This document shows, one piece after another, positions 29,756 through 32,000 of a stretch of 32,000 nt of DNA. This DNA is from Cupriavidus necator. GTDB lineage: Bacteria > Pseudomonadota > Gammaproteobacteria > Burkholderiales > Burkholderiaceae. The DNA lies in assembly GCF_016127575.1 (NCBI RefSeq), contig NZ_CP066018.1, positions 1,260,001 through 1,292,000 on the forward strand, given 5' to 3'. The notes under the pieces are model-generated. The model had not been told where the DNA came from, ran no database searches, and saw only the letters and a program-made list of their open reading frames with translations. Position 1 is the first letter of the stretch. Each line of letters starts with the position of its first letter. The position numbers and the translations under genes were made by a program.

Positions 29756-30933
29756 GCGCCGATCTCCTCTGCGATGCGGTCGTAGTAGGCGCGCATCAGG
29801 TTGTGATAGCGCGGGTCGTCGAGCAGGAAGGCATCGTGGCCGTGCGGCGCATCGATCTCGGCGTACGAGACCGGGCGCTTGTTGTCCAGCAGCGCCTTGA
29901 CCAGCTCGCGGCTGCGGCTGGGCGCGAAGCGCCAGTCGGTGCCGAAGCTCGCCACCAGGAAGCTGGCCTGGGTCTGCGCCATCGCGCGCGTCAGGTCGCC
30001 GCCGAAGGCCAGCGCCGGGTCGAAGTAGTCGAGCGCGCGCGTGATCAGCAGGTAGGTGTTGGCGTCGAAGTATTCGGCGAACTTGTCGCCCTGGTAGCGC
30101 AGGTAGCTCTCTACCTGGAACTCGACATCGAAGGAGAAGCGGATGTCGTCGGTCTTCAGCTCGCGGCCGAATTTCTCGGCCATGTCCTCGTCCGACAGGT
30201 AGGTGATATGGCCGATCATGCGCGCCACGCGCAGGCCGCGCTTGGGCTTGACGCCATGCGCGTAGTAGTTGCCGCCGTGGAAGTCGGGGTCCGACAGGAT
30301 GGCGCTGCGCGCGACCTCGTTGAAGGCGATATTCTGCGCCGACAGCTTGGGCGTGGACGCGACCACGATGCAGTGGCGCAGGCGTTCCGGGTACAGCAGG
30401 CTCCAGGCCACCGCCTGCATGCCGCCCAGGCTGCCGCCCATCACCGCGGCGAACTGCGTGATGCCGAACGCGTCGGCCACGAGCGCCTGCGCATTGACCC
30501 AGTCTTCCACCGTCACCACCGGGAACGCTGCGCCGTAGGGCGCGCCGGTGGCCGGATTGAGGCTCATCGGGCCGGTCGAGCCGAAGCACGAGCCCAGGTT
30601 GTTGACGCCGATGACGAAAAAGCGATTGGTATCGAGCGGCTTGCCGGGCCCGACCATGTTGTCCCACCAGCCCACGTCGCGCGGGTCTTCCGCATAGACG
30701 CCGGCCACATGGTGCGAGGCATTGAGCGCGTGGCACACCAGCACCGCGTTGGAGCGGGCCGCATTGAGCGTGCCATAGGTCTCGACCATCAGGTCGTAGC
30801 CGGCAATGGACGAGCCGTTGCGCAGCTTCAGCGGCTCGGCAAAGTGCATGCGCTGCGGCGCAACCACGCCGACCGAATCGGGCGGCAGGTCGAACGCGGC
30901 AGGCGCGGCGGTCGGCAGGGCGACATCAGTCAT
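29752..30933 (-). CDS. metX: homoserine O-acyltransferase MetX (acetyl versus succinyl donor not determinable here)
   Basis: Alpha/beta hydrolase with MetX conservation ([25 protein letters not shown] nucleophile elbow, HGHDAFLLD). The start is either ATG 30933 or ATG 30960. The latter directly abuts the U-run of the leader terminator. Confidence 0.92.
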
Positions 30934-30960
30934 GGAATCCGGCCCGTGGCGAACGGGCAT

Positions 30961-31009
30961 AAAAAAACCCGACCGGCATTTGCGTATAAAGCGTCGCAGC
31001 CAAGTCGGG
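30961..31009 (-). terminator. intrinsic terminator/attenuator inside the metX 5' leader
   Basis: The minus strand reads CCCGACU...GGUCGGG (7 bp including one G-U, large loop) followed by UUUUUUU, ending 1 nt before the first in-frame ATG of metX. Confidence 0.6.
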
Positions 31010-31070
31010 ATTCACTGGATTCCTTGCGGGATTCCGCGTGCCGGCGCCATCCACTACCGTGGAGGCATGG

Positions 31071-31182
31071 GGCGCCGACCCAACCTCTTTAGCCGCATTT
31101 GTAGTGGCAACCCGGAACTTGGTCCCTTGGCTGCCGCGCGCCCGCAAGCCAGTCATCAAATCGGCGCGACCGGGCAATTATA
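31071..31182 (-). promoter_or_regulatory. metX promoter -10 box plus a structured 5' leader motif shared with metK (candidate riboswitch aptamer)
   Basis: In order on the minus strand: TATAAT (31182..31177); P1 CGCGCC/GGCGCG (31168..31163 / 31142..31137) closing the loop GAUUUGAUGACUGGCUUGCG; an extended hairpin GGCAGCC..GGGAC-CAA-GUUCC..GGUUGCC; AAAUGCGGCUAAAG (31100..31087); and the P1-5' mimic GCGCC (31075..31071). Confidence 0.55.
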
Positions 31183-31208
31183 GAGCAATCGGCCCGGCAT
31201 GTTGATTT

Positions 31209-31388
31209 AGAACCCATTTCACATTGAAGATGGGCACGCGTTCAAGCCAGGCGCGGCGCAGGCTAGGCGCGGGCCGCCGGCCTTGGTCATTCCAAGGTCA
31301 AGGCCCGTAACGACGCATGCGCCGCGCCTGGCTTGAACCCGAAGGGAAGGCTGCTGCCGGGCCCCTTCTTCATTGTGAAATGGGTTCT
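31209..31388. repeat. 180-bp nested imperfect inverted repeat between the slmA stop and the metX promoter
   Basis: Outer arms 31209..31235 / 31361..31388 pair at 24 of 27 positions. Inner arms 31240..31260 / 31318..31338 are a perfect 21-bp inverted repeat (GTTCAAGCCAGGCGCGGCGCA). The 57-nt centre contains a further CCTTGG-N5-CCAAGG hairpin. Confidence 0.8.
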
Positions 31389-32000
31389 TAACCCAGCAAG
31401 ACCCTCAGGTGCGCCTCGGCATGGTCCGACGGCGACTTGCGGAAGCCGCTCTTGGCATAGCGGTGCCACTGGCCCTGCACCGCCGCCATGATCAGCGCCG
31501 CGCGTGCGGGAATATCGGCATCCGCCGGGAACGCGGCCTGCGTCACCGCCATCTTCAGGCACTGGCGCAGCGAGGCCTCGATGCGGTCCACCACCTGGTT
31601 GATGCGCTCCTGCAGGCGTTCGTGCTCGCCCACCAGCGCCTCGCCGGTCAGCACGCGCGTCATGCCAGGGTTCTTCTCGGCAAACGACAGCAGCATGCGC
31701 ACAATGGCGTGGGCCTGGCGCAGGCCGTGCTCTTCCTTGTCGGTGATCTGGTTGATCAGGCCGAACACGGTCTGCTCGATAAAGCCGATCAGGCCCTCGT
31801 ACATCTGCGCCTTGCTGGCGAAATGGCGGTACAGCGCCGCCTCCGACACGCTCAGGCGCGCGGCCAGCGCCGCCGTTGTGATCTTCTCCCCGCGCGGGTG
31901 CTCCAGCATGGTGGCCAGGGTCTGCAGGATCTGCACGCGGCGCTCGCCCGGGCGCGGGCGCTTGCGCGCCGGCGTGGCCGGCGGCTGGCCTCCGTCCTGC
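31388..32000 (-). CDS. slmA: nucleoid occlusion factor SlmA (TetR family), 5' end beyond the right edge
   Basis: The frame is open to position 32000 (..KRPRPGERRVQILQTLATMLE..). Strong similarity to recalled E. coli SlmA (ITTA.LA..VSEAALYRHF.SK, NPG.TR.LTG.AL, RINQ...RIEA.LRQ). TAA stop at 31388..31390. Confidence 0.85.
   Translation of the reverse strand, partial: QDGGQPPATPARKRPRPGERRVQILQTLATMLEHPRGEKITTAALAARLSVSEAALYRHFASKAQMYEGLIGFIEQTVFGLINQITDKEEHGLRQAHAIVRMLLSFAEKNPGMTRVLTGEALVGEHERLQERINQVVDRIEASLRQCLKMAVTQAAFPADADIPARAALIMAAVQGQWHRYAKSGFRKSPSDHAEAHLRVLLG

Noticed and set aside
31071-31168. Calling the metX and metK leader motif a classical SAM-II (SAM_alpha) riboswitch outright.
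   Set aside because: I cannot reproduce the SAM-II consensus reliably from memory. The element has a large inserted hairpin, and the pseudoknot pairing is convincing only in the metK copy. It is left as an unassigned candidate pending a covariance-model search.

Overview
High-GC chromosomal segment (hand-counted 60-nt blocks are 63-68% GC). Gene content and order look Burkholderiales-like, of the Cupriavidus/Ralstonia type, but that placement is inference only. About 31 tightly packed protein genes, with no rRNA, tRNA, CRISPR array or transposase seen. Left to right: a truncated hotdog thioesterase and a GNAT gene; a TPP-riboswitch-controlled thiC-thiO-thiS-thiG-thiE operon (minus strand); an AidB-like acyl-CoA dehydrogenase; a divergent GMC oxidoreductase / aldehyde dehydrogenase pair; Kdo hydroxylase; metK; two tandem LpxL-family lipid A acyltransferases; dapF; PPK2; a patatin-like lipase; pyrE; xthA; a lower-GC MqsR/MqsA toxin-antitoxin cassette; argC; an M48 peptidase; ampG; a TesB-like thioesterase; a DMT/EamA transporter with a divergent LysR regulator; a TetR regulator with a divergent VOC/glyoxalase gene; metW-metX; and the 3' part of slmA. 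The most interesting signal is non-coding. The 5' leaders of metK and metX, 17 kb apart, share the same ordered RNA motif directly after their TATAAT boxes. Both helices keep pairing through compensatory changes, and each leader carries a downstream competitor strand. This looks like a SAM/methionine-responsive riboswitch class that I cannot assign to a known family from memory. Other points worth a second look: a 180-bp nested inverted repeat between slmA and the metX promoter; an mqsR homolog whose homology extends upstream of any canonical start codon; a perfect 17-bp inverted-repeat operator pair between the TetR and VOC genes; and several convergent gene pairs with 0-14 nt between stop codons. 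All product calls rest on recalled family motifs and on the supplied ORF translations. No database search was run.
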